This document shows positions 18,497-25,989 of a stretch of 63,133 nucleotides of DNA, piece by piece. Each line of letters begins with the position of its first letter. The first letter of the stretch is position 1. The DNA is taken from positions 72,816 through 135,948 of the forward strand of contig CALRGQ010000001.1 in NCBI GenBank assembly GCA_943357915.1, given 5' to 3'. The notes below the pieces were generated by a model. It was not told the origin of the DNA. It saw nothing but the letters and a program-made list of their open reading frames with translations, and did not search any database. Made by a program: the position numbers and the translations under genes. Origin of the DNA: Candidatus Peribacteria bacterium (lineage in GTDB: Bacteria; Patescibacteriota; Gracilibacteria; Peribacterales; Peribacteraceae).

Positions 18497-18568
18497 TTAC
18501 GCGATCAGCGACCCCCGCGCGAGGCGCATCATGTCCATCATCATGCCGCTGGTGCGTAGGGTGCTCAT
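18497..18568 (-). CDS. Met-rich leader peptide A1, MSTLRTSGMMMDMMRLARGSLIA
   Basis: 23 aa ORF with 5 of 6 consecutive codons ATG. Paralogous to 22613-22687 and starts 8 nt after a -10 hexamer. Confidence 0.85.
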   Translation of the reverse strand: MSTLRTSGMMMDMMRLARGSLIA

Positions 18569-18576
18569 GCGCGCGC

Positions 18577-18604
18577 AGTATGGCGAAACCATAAAACACG
18601 TCAA
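18577..18604 (-). promoter_or_regulatory. Promoter for leader A1 (probably leaderless transcript)
   Basis: TTGACG, 16 nt, CATACT, 8 nt, ATG. Confidence 0.6.
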
Positions 18605-18675
18605 TCTTTCATGATAGGAAGATCGGTTTTTAGCTAGAGGATGAGCAAAAATCGTGCATCGACGACGGACGATAT

Positions 18676-18705
18676 CGCAGCGGAAGATCGCGATCTTCCG
18701 CTGCG
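18676..18705. repeat. Perfect 30 bp palindrome
   Basis: CGCAGCGGAAGATCG-CGATCTTCCGCTGCG, just downstream of the SIMPL remnant. Confidence 0.85.
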
Positions 18706-18721
18706 TGTGCGTGTGCTTTTT

Positions 18722-18973
18722 TTAGCGTAGTTCATACGAAATCGTCACATTCGACACGATTTCCTGCTCTCCGGCGGGAATTGGCATACTTTCCTGCGCG
18801 ACTGCATTACCCATATCGTAGTTTGCCTTCGTCAGCATTGGCGTCGGATAACCGTAGGCGCCATCTTCACTGAAGGCGGTCATGCGGCCGAGTGACATGC
18901 CAAGATTTTTTGCGAGCACTTCTGCTTTCGCTTTCGCCTTCTCGATTGCGATCTCACGAGCCTGCGCCTTCAT
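18722..18973 (-). pseudogene. 3' remnant of a SIMPL-domain gene
   Basis: 83 aa, differing at 4 positions from the C-terminus of 22856-23611, with many synonymous changes. Confidence 0.9.
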
Positions 18974-18979
18974 AAACTT

Positions 18980-19303
18980 CTATTTTTTGTCGAGTGCAAA
19001 CGGCTCAAACATGAGCACGTACGACTTCCCCACACTCTTCGGGCAGTGTTCCACTCCCTTTGGTACGATGCCAATTTCCCCTGCTTTCAGCACGAGATCA
19101 GACTCACCTTTCATCTGGATCGTGATTTCACCTTCGTGCACGAGGAAGAGTTCATCCTCGTTCTCATGCACGTGCCAATGATACTCACCCTCGAAGAGTG
19201 CGATGCGGACGACCTGATCGTTCACACGAGCGAGTTCGACCGGCGACCATGATTGCGTGATTTGTTGGATTGCATCGGCGATGGAAATGGGTTGGGGGAG
19301 CAT
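18980..19303 (-). CDS. Cupin domain protein
   Basis: GEYHWHVHENEDELFLVHEG and VPKGVEHCP cupin motifs. Confidence 0.92.
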   Translation of the reverse strand: MLPQPISIADAIQQITQSWSPVELARVNDQVVRIALFEGEYHWHVHENEDELFLVHEGEITIQMKGESDLVLKAGEIGIVPKGVEHCPKSVGKSYVLMFEPFALDKK

Positions 19304-19309
19304 AGGGGT

Positions 19310-20008
19310 TTAGAGAATGATACTGGGATGTTCTCTGTCGAGAATATCGATTCGCGCTTCTGCTTTGCAATGCTCTTTCACTAGTAGAGAAAGTTCTTCC
19401 AGAATTTCCTTCAAACGATCTTTCGTGAGAGGTGGGAAACCTTCCACGACGATAATCGCACGCTTCGTTTCAGCTGTGATCTTCGCTCGATCACCTTCTC
19501 GCCAATTGAGCTTCCTGCAAATTACGCCTGCATCGTCTTTGTACACGAGTTCTCCTACTGCTGGAGGATCCTCTACTGTTTCCCCGAGTGGAACAAAATG
19601 TTCGGTGCCCGTTGCGTATGCAAGCCGCACGTCGCCGGTGCACAGATCGGTATCTTCCGCACCGACACACACGACGTACTTCAGCGAGATGACATTGTAG
19701 AGGTTGACCAGTGGATTGATACTCGGGAGCTTCCCACCCTTCAGTACACGCTTGAGGAGAGCTTGCACTGAGGGCGGGAATTTATTCGGATTGTTTCCAA
19801 AGCTCCTGTGGACGGTCTGTATGGCGACGAGGTTCGGGTGATCTTTGAAGGAGTCAATGTTGTGCGATGTATGTACATGCTCTTCTGTTGCCTGCAGCAG
19901 CGCTGCCGATTCTCCGTGATCGACATTACTCATACCCGTTGCGACGATAACGCCAATGGCGATGTCCGGGTGGGCGGCGAGGACGGTGGGGTGGAGGAGG
20001 AAGTGCAT
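19310..20008 (-). CDS. B3/4 domain protein (PheRS editing-like)
   Basis: PSVQALLKRV, LPSINPLVNLYNVISL, GELVYKD and CRKLNWREGD motifs. Confidence 0.9.
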   Translation of the reverse strand: MHFLLHPTVLAAHPDIAIGVIVATGMSNVDHGESAALLQATEEHVHTSHNIDSFKDHPNLVAIQTVHRSFGNNPNKFPPSVQALLKRVLKGGKLPSINPLVNLYNVISLKYVVCVGAEDTDLCTGDVRLAYATGTEHFVPLGETVEDPPAVGELVYKDDAGVICRKLNWREGDRAKITAETKRAIIVVEGFPPLTKDRLKEILEELSLLVKEHCKAEARIDILDREHPSIIL

Positions 20009-20070
20009 GGGGGAGAGTAGAGAGTGATGAGAATTCTATAGTAGGGCAATAGTGTTTTATTGTAGAAACA

Positions 20071-20127
20071 GAGTTTGCGGATCAGTTCACGCTACGAGAG
20101 GCGATTGCGGGACTGAGGAGTGCGTAA
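20071..20127 (+). pseudogene. 3' remnant of recR (last 18 codons)
   Basis: EFADQFTLREAIAGLRSA* versus EFADQVTLREAIAGRRSA* at 17415-17471. Confidence 0.9.
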
Positions 20128-20169
20128 CAAGCGATTTCCTAATATTCACGTGCGACTCCTTAGGCGGAT

Positions 20170-20703
20170 TCATGTACTGAAAATATCGTTGGCAATCGTG
20201 ACGAGTTCCTCACGATCAACTTCGTCGAAAGCCTCAGTGAATTCGCTGTCTACATCGAGCACAGCGATCAGGTTCTTTTGCCGGTCAAATATCGGTACAA
20301 CGATCTCAGACTGAGACCTGCTATCACATGCGATATGACCGGGGAATTTTTGCACGCTGGGGACGATGATTGGCTTTTGTGAACGGGCACACGCCCCACA
20401 AACGCCACGATTGAAGTGGATACGCAGGCAGCCGAGAGTTCCCTGGTAGGGCCCTACGACGAGTTCGTCGCCTTTCGTTGGGTCTACTTGATAGAATCCC
20501 GTCCAGAAGAAATAAGGCAGGTGATGAGCGAGGATGCCAGTCACTGTCGCCATACGTGCAATGACATCGCTTTCTCCCTCCAGGACTGCGGAAGCAGTCT
20601 TTCGGGCTTGAAGGTAGATCGCCCGCTTTTCTGTTGCTGAAAGCAAGCGATGAGTCTGTTCATGAGGAAGCTGGTCGTTGATGGTGCTTGTAAGAGAAGA
20701 CAT
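20170..20703 (-). CDS. msrC: GAF-domain free methionine-(R)-sulfoxide reductase
   Basis: WTGFY, GPYQGTLGC, GVCG, FPGHIACD, SEIVVP and VLDVDS motifs, the fRMsr/YebR signature. Confidence 0.85.
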   Translation of the reverse strand: MSSLTSTINDQLPHEQTHRLLSATEKRAIYLQARKTASAVLEGESDVIARMATVTGILAHHLPYFFWTGFYQVDPTKGDELVVGPYQGTLGCLRIHFNRGVCGACARSQKPIIVPSVQKFPGHIACDSRSQSEIVVPIFDRQKNLIAVLDVDSEFTEAFDEVDREELVTIANDIFST

Positions 20704-20732
20704 GTAAAAGAATGGGGAAAGAGAAATAAATA

Positions 20733-22073
20733 TTACTTCAATCTGGTTTCTAAAATATGTTTAATAAGTGCTGGGCCAGTAACTTCTCCAAATGCATTGA
20801 ATGCAACGAGGGGTGCCCCGCCTTTTTCTGGAGCATGTGCCAAACCATTTGCATACACTCCAGGTATTACTGTGTCATTAAAGCCAATTACTTGGCCGTT
20901 GTCTGTTACACAAACAGCCTGTCGTCTCTCAGAAAGCTTTGGACCAAGTGGCATTCCACTTGAATCGTCTATTCTTACATAACTTGCCGGATATCCAGTT
21001 GCCACAATAATTATTTGTGCATTTTGATATTCTTCTTTGGCTTCAGATAAATGTTCAACTTGTTGGCTTGTAATCCTTTTCTCGTTTCCGGAGGTTGCCG
21101 CAAGAATGAGATCACGTGCTACATTGCGAATACCCTTCCAACGATGAACTGCAGGATGGTTAGGATCATTGTCTATGTCTCTCCGAGAGAAGTTTGTATA
21201 GCCTGCTAGCTCTGCTTCCTGCGAATTGGGGAAATATAGATATATTGGGCTACGGTGCACTATATGTGAGCCTCCTTCGGCAATATCAATTCCTTGCTGT
21301 TGAGCATGCTCAATTAATGCATAATTCCCTGAGCCTACGCTATAGGAACTCCCAACCCACACGACACCTCCTTTTTTTTGTGCTGCTAGAGCCACCTTAT
21401 GTAATTGGTGTATGTCTGAATGAACTGAGTCAGCAGTTATTATTTTTGCCTGAAAAGAATGTAATTCAGGTGGAATAGGCTGAGACTTGCCACCAGTTGC
21501 AAGAATAACATTTGTAGTAGAAAGTGCTGGCTCATTTTTGTCAGTATAAACATTCCAATCACCTCGGAAACACTGCTCAACAGTGTCAACAGTTTTATTT
21601 GGGAAGAAGTCACAGGAATGTATTCCCTTTAATACTTGATGAATTTTATCTCCTAAAGCATCTAAAAGATCTGCGATAGGTCCGAATCTAAGTACATCAT
21701 TTTCTGCAGCCACCTTCTTAGCTTCTGGTAAGCCTTGGAGGTCACCGAATACCTCATTTTGAGGTAGCCAATTTGTCCAGTCTGGACCTGGCGAATTACT
21801 TAAAAATGGTACATTTTCAAAATTTCTAAGAGATCCACTACCAATGCAATCTGATTGAGTTACCACCGCGATGCCACTACTTTCTTGATTATTTGATTCT
21901 ACTACTCTTCTAAATGCTGCTTTACCTTTATTAGCTAGCGCTAAGATAGTAGCTAAAGCTCCAGGCCCTCCTCCTGCAAGGAGGATACTATATTTTTTCT
22001 CACTTTCTTGTCGTGCGACTTCATCTCTCAGAAAACGATGGCCTGCCGATGGTGTAAGAGATTTTTTTTTCAC
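20733..22073 (-). CDS. FAD/NAD(P)-binding oxidoreductase, function unknown
   Basis: ILLAGGGPGA Rossmann motif, VILATGG, degenerate second motif VGSSYS, and IIVATGY. Visibly AT-richer than the core genes. Confidence 0.8.
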   Translation of the reverse strand: MKKKSLTPSAGHRFLRDEVARQESEKKYSILLAGGGPGALATILALANKGKAAFRRVVESNNQESSGIAVVTQSDCIGSGSLRNFENVPFLSNSPGPDWTNWLPQNEVFGDLQGLPEAKKVAAENDVLRFGPIADLLDALGDKIHQVLKGIHSCDFFPNKTVDTVEQCFRGDWNVYTDKNEPALSTTNVILATGGKSQPIPPELHSFQAKIITADSVHSDIHQLHKVALAAQKKGGVVWVGSSYSVGSGNYALIEHAQQQGIDIAEGGSHIVHRSPIYLYFPNSQEAELAGYTNFSRRDIDNDPNHPAVHRWKGIRNVARDLILAATSGNEKRITSQQVEHLSEAKEEYQNAQIIIVATGYPASYVRIDDSSGMPLGPKLSERRQAVCVTDNGQVIGFNDTVIPGVYANGLAHAPEKGGAPLVAFNAFGEVTGPALIKHILETRLK

Positions 22074-22107
22074 AATGGTATTGGGGAAATTAGTCTAATA
22101 AAAATAT

Positions 22108-22362
22108 TCAGTTTTTCCTGCGGAGCACATTTGCTATTGCGCTGCCTGCACAGTGGACTTGCTCCAAGCATTCGAGAAAAACCGCATCAGGTATCTCCTG
22201 TTCTCCTTGTTCAAGAGAGCGCTTTGCTCCTTGCCGCGCATCGATCCAAATTTTTCTTAGTTCGTCTTTTGTAAGGTTGGGACCTTCGAGAGCGAGTTCT
22301 TCGACAGACACAAGTTCCAACTTATCTGCTAATGGTTGCGTTGAGGGTTGAGTAGTAGCCAT
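22108..22362 (-). CDS. Small hypothetical protein (84 aa) with CxxxxxC
   Basis: MATTQPSTQP...ECLEQVHCAGS...RRKN. First ATG after the attenuator; the longer ORF start overlaps the leader and terminator. Confidence 0.7.
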   Translation of the reverse strand: MATTQPSTQPLADKLELVSVEELALEGPNLTKDELRKIWIDARQGAKRSLEQGEQEIPDAVFLECLEQVHCAGSAIANVLRRKN

Positions 22363-22391
22363 GGTAATGATTGGAATGAAAAGGGAATAAG

Positions 22392-22424
22392 AAAAAACAC
22401 CTCCGCGTGTAGTCCCGCGGGGTG
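22392..22424 (-). terminator. Intrinsic terminator of leader B attenuator
   Basis: CACC-CCGCG, loop, CGCGG-A-GGTG, then T6. Segment 22412-22421 is perfectly complementary to leader segment 22459-22468. Confidence 0.8.
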
Positions 22425-22444
22425 AGTCATGAGTCTTATTTCTC

Positions 22445-22540
22445 TCATGCCTTCGTCTCCCGCGGGACACGCATGCACATACACATCATCGCCATAACGC
22501 GATTTGTGATGAGGCCGGAGGAGAAGGAGTGGTGGTTCAT
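22445..22540 (-). CDS. Met/Cys-rich leader peptide B, MNHHSFSSGLITNRVMAMMCMCMRVPRETKA
   Basis: 31 aa ORF with an MAMMCMCM control region directly before the antiterminator strand. Confidence 0.8.
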   Translation of the reverse strand: MNHHSFSSGLITNRVMAMMCMCMRVPRETKA

Positions 22541-22567
22541 GGGATCAGAATATTTTCATTGATACGG

Positions 22568-22592
22568 AAAAGTGCCCCGCGATCTGCGCGAG
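22568..22592 (-). terminator. Attenuator hairpin of Met leader A2
   Basis: CTCGCG-CAGAT-CGCGGG then GCACTTTT. Homologous to 18451-18476; alternative pairing with 22630-22636. Confidence 0.6.
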
Positions 22593-22612
22593 TGGTGATG
22601 GTGTGCGATTCT

Positions 22613-22687
22613 TTACGCAGCAACCAACCCTCGCGCTAGGCGCATCATCATGCTCATCATCATGGTGGTGGGTCGGAGAGTTGTCAT
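22613..22687 (-). CDS. Met-rich leader peptide A2, MTTLRPTTMMMSMMMRLARGLVAA
   Basis: 24 aa ORF with 6 of 7 consecutive codons ATG. Paralog of A1; preceded by TCGACA-17-TTAAAT-8 nt. Confidence 0.85.
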   Translation of the reverse strand: MTTLRPTTMMMSMMMRLARGLVAA

Positions 22688-22855
22688 GTGCGCATATTTA
22701 AATGCCATATCGTATTTTTGTCGAGAGTTTTGGAGCATTGTTTCTATACATGGCTTATGGATGCGGGAAAATAGTGGTGGTTGTTTACTTGACACGTCAC
22801 CTTTCCACAAAAAAGACGCGCACATTGCACGTCTCTATTCTTTCTGCAGTACTAT

Positions 22856-23611
22856 TTAGCGTAGTTCATACGAAATCGTCACATTCGACACGATTTCCTG
22901 CTCTCCGGCTGGGATAGGCATGCTTTCCTGTGCCACCGCTCCTCCCATATCGTAATTCGCCTTTGTCATCATTGGCGTCGGATAAGCGTAGGCGCCATCT
23001 TCACTGAAGGCAGTCATACGGCCGAGTGACATACCGAGATTCTTCGCAAGAACCGTTGCTTTTGCCTTCGCTTTCTCGATAGCGATCTCACGAGCCTGTG
23101 CCTTCATGGCATCCGGATTATCGACGGTGAATGTAATGCCACCAGCCTGATTTGCGCCGGCGGTCGTAGCGACGGTGAGGACATCACCGACTTTATCAAG
23201 ATCACGGACTTTGACCCGCAGTGTCTGTGTTGCCTGAAATCCACGTGGGATCTGCCCGCCGGTTGTGTAGTCGTACTCGGGGCTCAGGTAGAAGCTTTCG
23301 GTTGCAATGTCTTTCTCTTCAATGCCGAGTTCTTTCACTGCTACCAAAATATTTGTCATATTTTTCTTGATGACGTCGGTTGCAGCTTTTGCGTTGGGCT
23401 GTCTGCCGGTCGTGACGCCGAAGCTCATGTACGCGATGTCCGGCGGTGTCGAAATTTTTCCTTCTGCACTGACTGAAATCACCGGGGGATTTGTGAGTGG
23501 GCCTTTAACTTCCATCTGTTTGCCGGCGAGAAAGAACGCACCGCCGATGATGACGGCAGTGATCAGAGCCCAGACGGGCGGATGCAGGGTGGTGGTGTTT
23601 GAATCAGACAT
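22856..23611 (-). CDS. SIMPL domain (DUF541/YggE-like) protein
   Basis: N-terminal TM segment, ISVSAEG...PD.A, LGIEEKDIAT, GANQ and PGEQ-like C-terminal motif. Confidence 0.92.
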   Translation of the reverse strand: MSDSNTTTLHPPVWALITAVIIGGAFFLAGKQMEVKGPLTNPPVISVSAEGKISTPPDIAYMSFGVTTGRQPNAKAATDVIKKNMTNILVAVKELGIEEKDIATESFYLSPEYDYTTGGQIPRGFQATQTLRVKVRDLDKVGDVLTVATTAGANQAGGITFTVDNPDAMKAQAREIAIEKAKAKATVLAKNLGMSLGRMTAFSEDGAYAYPTPMMTKANYDMGGAVAQESMPIPAGEQEIVSNVTISYELR

Positions 23612-23690
23612 AAGAGAGGAGGGGAAAGAGAGTGTTTCAGTAGATACTACGTATGAGCGACTGGAACGTTACAGAGTTCCATTGTCTTCG

Positions 23691-24770
23691 TCAGCTTTTC
23701 TTTGCCAATAGGGTGTAACGTATGGCTCTTCCGCTGCCAATCCGCACAATTTTTTTCAGAGCGACGAGCTTTCTTAGCACTTGATCGACCGTTCTAATAT
23801 TAACTCCTGTTTTTTCAGATACTTCTTTTCTGCTCATATTCTTTGCCTCCTGGAGTGTTTTCCAGACGATCAATTGATTCTCTGAAAGAAAGTTCTCGGT
23901 TTGGTCTTCTTTTGTGAGAGCAACGGCCATCTCTCCCTGTCGAGCAAACATGCGAAGGATAAAGAGAATCCACGGTGAAATGTCTTCATGAGCCTTCTTC
24001 CATGTCGAGGTTGATTTCTTGAGCGCGAGATAATAATCCACTTTGTGGTCTTCAATAATCTTCTCATGGGAGATATAGGGAGTGAATCCATAACCATGTT
24101 GTAATAAGAGAAGATTCGTGAGAATGCGACTTGTTCTGCCGTTTCCATCCTGAAAAGGATGAATGGCGAGATACTCAAAAATGAAGTTTGCGATGATAAG
24201 AAGTGGATGGAACATATGCTCTTTAAATTGTGCTTGCGTCCATTCCGTCAGTTCTTGCATCTCTTTTCCGGTCAGGTATGGCGGAGTCGGATCGAAGATA
24301 ATGCCAACGACTTTCCCCTGTGCATCTACAGCTTCGACGCGGTTCGGAGCGAATTTGTATTGCCCTTTATGACGGACATCTTTCTCACTATGTCGTAATG
24401 TCGATACGTGCATATGCTTAATGAGGTTTTCCGAGAACTTCATGGCATTCCACGATTCAAAAACATTTTTGATTGTTTCAAGATAGCCCATAACTTCCTG
24501 CTCATCGCGGGTGCGAAGTTTTCGTATTTTGGCATTTCGCAGGAGCTGTTCCACTTCCTCATCACTAAGATGGCTCCCCTCAATGCGTGTTGAAGAGCCG
24601 CTAGAACTTACAATGATCGCATGCTTCATTCTTGCCAAGTATTCTGGAGAGAGAAGCTGGAAGGCTTCCCAGTAGCCCTTACATTCATCGATTCGCGCCA
24701 AGAGCTTGGTGATCTCTCTCGTGACTTCCGGAGAATAGTGGAGCCGTTTTTGGAAGCGGTTGTGCGTCAT
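23691..24770 (-). CDS. Fic family protein with C-terminal HTH
   Basis: Canonical HPFQDGNGRTSR motif and N-terminal STRIEG inhibitory-type motif. Confidence 0.93.
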   Translation of the reverse strand: MTHNRFQKRLHYSPEVTREITKLLARIDECKGYWEAFQLLSPEYLARMKHAIIVSSSGSSTRIEGSHLSDEEVEQLLRNAKIRKLRTRDEQEVMGYLETIKNVFESWNAMKFSENLIKHMHVSTLRHSEKDVRHKGQYKFAPNRVEAVDAQGKVVGIIFDPTPPYLTGKEMQELTEWTQAQFKEHMFHPLLIIANFIFEYLAIHPFQDGNGRTSRILTNLLLLQHGYGFTPYISHEKIIEDHKVDYYLALKKSTSTWKKAHEDISPWILFILRMFARQGEMAVALTKEDQTENFLSENQLIVWKTLQEAKNMSRKEVSEKTGVNIRTVDQVLRKLVALKKIVRIGSGRAIRYTLLAKKS

Positions 24771-24791
24771 GGGAATCTACACGTAGAGCTG

Positions 24792-24820
24792 TAGTAGATT
24801 ATAGTAGATTATAGTAGATT
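24792..24820. repeat. Decamer tandem repeat ATAGTAGATT x3 upstream of the fic gene
   Basis: tagtagatt atagtagatt atagtagatt, giving repeated TATAAT on the minus strand. Confidence 0.8.
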
Positions 24821-25625
24821 ACGAAAGTGTATTTTCCAATCGTATCTTCTCCCTCACCCCGTATTTCGCATATCCTTCTTTCTCAAGTCTGTGAGCCAGT
24901 TCTGGCCCACCACTTTCTACCAGATTTCCACGGATCATGACGTGCACTCGGTCTGGGACGATATACTCCAGCAAGCGTGCGTAGTGCGTCACGATGATTG
25001 CCGAAAAATCCGGCTCGCGCATACTACTCACACCCTCCGCGACGATCTTCAGTGCGTCGACATCGAGTCCCGAATCAGTTTCATCCAGCAGTGCTAGTAC
25101 TGGCTTTAAGATTTTCATCTGTAGCACTTCGGCTTTCTTCTTCTCGCCGCCCGAAAAGCCTTTGTTTACTGCACGGTCAGCAAAAGCCGTATCCATATTC
25201 AGAGACGCCATTGTTTCGGTCAGTAATTTTTGAAATTTCACCGGAGACGTCTTGCGATGATCTTTTTCTCTTACTGACATTTGGGCTTCATATGCAGCAA
25301 ACAAAAAACTCCGTAGCGGCACACCCGCAATTTCTTTTGGATACTGAAATGCCAGAAACATGCCGGCTCGCGCACGCTCATCTGCTGACATTGTTAGTAG
25401 ATCTTTGCCACCAAAATCAGCCGATCCTTCAGTGACTGTGTAGGCCGGATGCCCCATAAGTGCAGAGACCAATGTGGATTTTCCTGAGCCGTTTGGGCCC
25501 ATGATTGCGTGTACTTCGCCACGGTTCACGGTGAGGTTGAGGCCTTGCACGATTGGCGTGACGCCCACAGAGACTTTTAGGTCATGTACTGTGAGAAGAG
25601 CCTGCGAAGTTTTCATCTTGATCAT
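24819..25625 (-). CDS. sufC: Fe-S cluster assembly ATPase SufC
   Basis: GPNGSGKST, FLAFQYP, GFSGGEKK, LDETDSGLDVDAL and THY motifs. Confidence 0.96.
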   Translation of the reverse strand: MIKMKTSQALLTVHDLKVSVGVTPIVQGLNLTVNRGEVHAIMGPNGSGKSTLVSALMGHPAYTVTEGSADFGGKDLLTMSADERARAGMFLAFQYPKEIAGVPLRSFLFAAYEAQMSVREKDHRKTSPVKFQKLLTETMASLNMDTAFADRAVNKGFSGGEKKKAEVLQMKILKPVLALLDETDSGLDVDALKIVAEGVSSMREPDFSAIIVTHYARLLEYIVPDRVHVMIRGNLVESGGPELAHRLEKEGYAKYGVREKIRLENTLS

Positions 25626-25683
25626 ACAAACATCCTACCATAGCGCTTGTGGCGATGGCCTGAAGTGAGTACGCTCCGCGGGC

Positions 25684-25971
25684 ATGCCAACCGTGACGTT
25701 TCTCTATCCCGATGGGCAGATCAAGAAAGTGGAGGCCGAGAGCGGCAAGACGCTGCTCGCAATCGCGCTTGATCATAATGTTCCGATGGAATATGCCTGT
25801 GGAGGCAATGGCTTCTGTACGACGTGCATGTGTGCCGTTCAGGAAGGCATGCCGAATCTGTCACCCAGAAATGAGCGTGAGGAAAACATGGGGATTGTTG
25901 ATGATCCGAATCGTTTAAGTTGTCAGTCCGAAGTACTGGGAGATGTGACGGTGAAGATTTTGGATTCATAG
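25684..25971 (+). CDS. 2Fe-2S ferredoxin (adrenodoxin type)
   Basis: CGGNGFCTTC...RLSCQ. Confidence 0.93.
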   Translation: MPTVTFLYPDGQIKKVEAESGKTLLAIALDHNVPMEYACGGNGFCTTCMCAVQEGMPNLSPRNEREENMGIVDDPNRLSCQSEVLGDVTVKILDS

Positions 25972-25989
25972 AAAATGAAGCTTTCATAA

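Noticed and set aside
18722-18973. Independent functional 83 aa SIMPL protein
   Set aside because: It starts at an internal Met of the parent and lacks the TM anchor and first domain. Treated as a remnant, although translation is possible.
22108-22362. RiPP precursor modified by the flavoprotein
   Set aside because: No recognisable leader/core pattern, and no peptidase, transporter or RRE nearby. The MsrC and attenuator context fits Met metabolism better. Not strictly excluded.
17468-22855. Integron or prophage explanation for the cassette region
   Set aside because: No tyrosine or serine recombinase, no attC-like GTTRRRY-bounded repeats and no phage genes. The boundaries are core-gene 3' ends.
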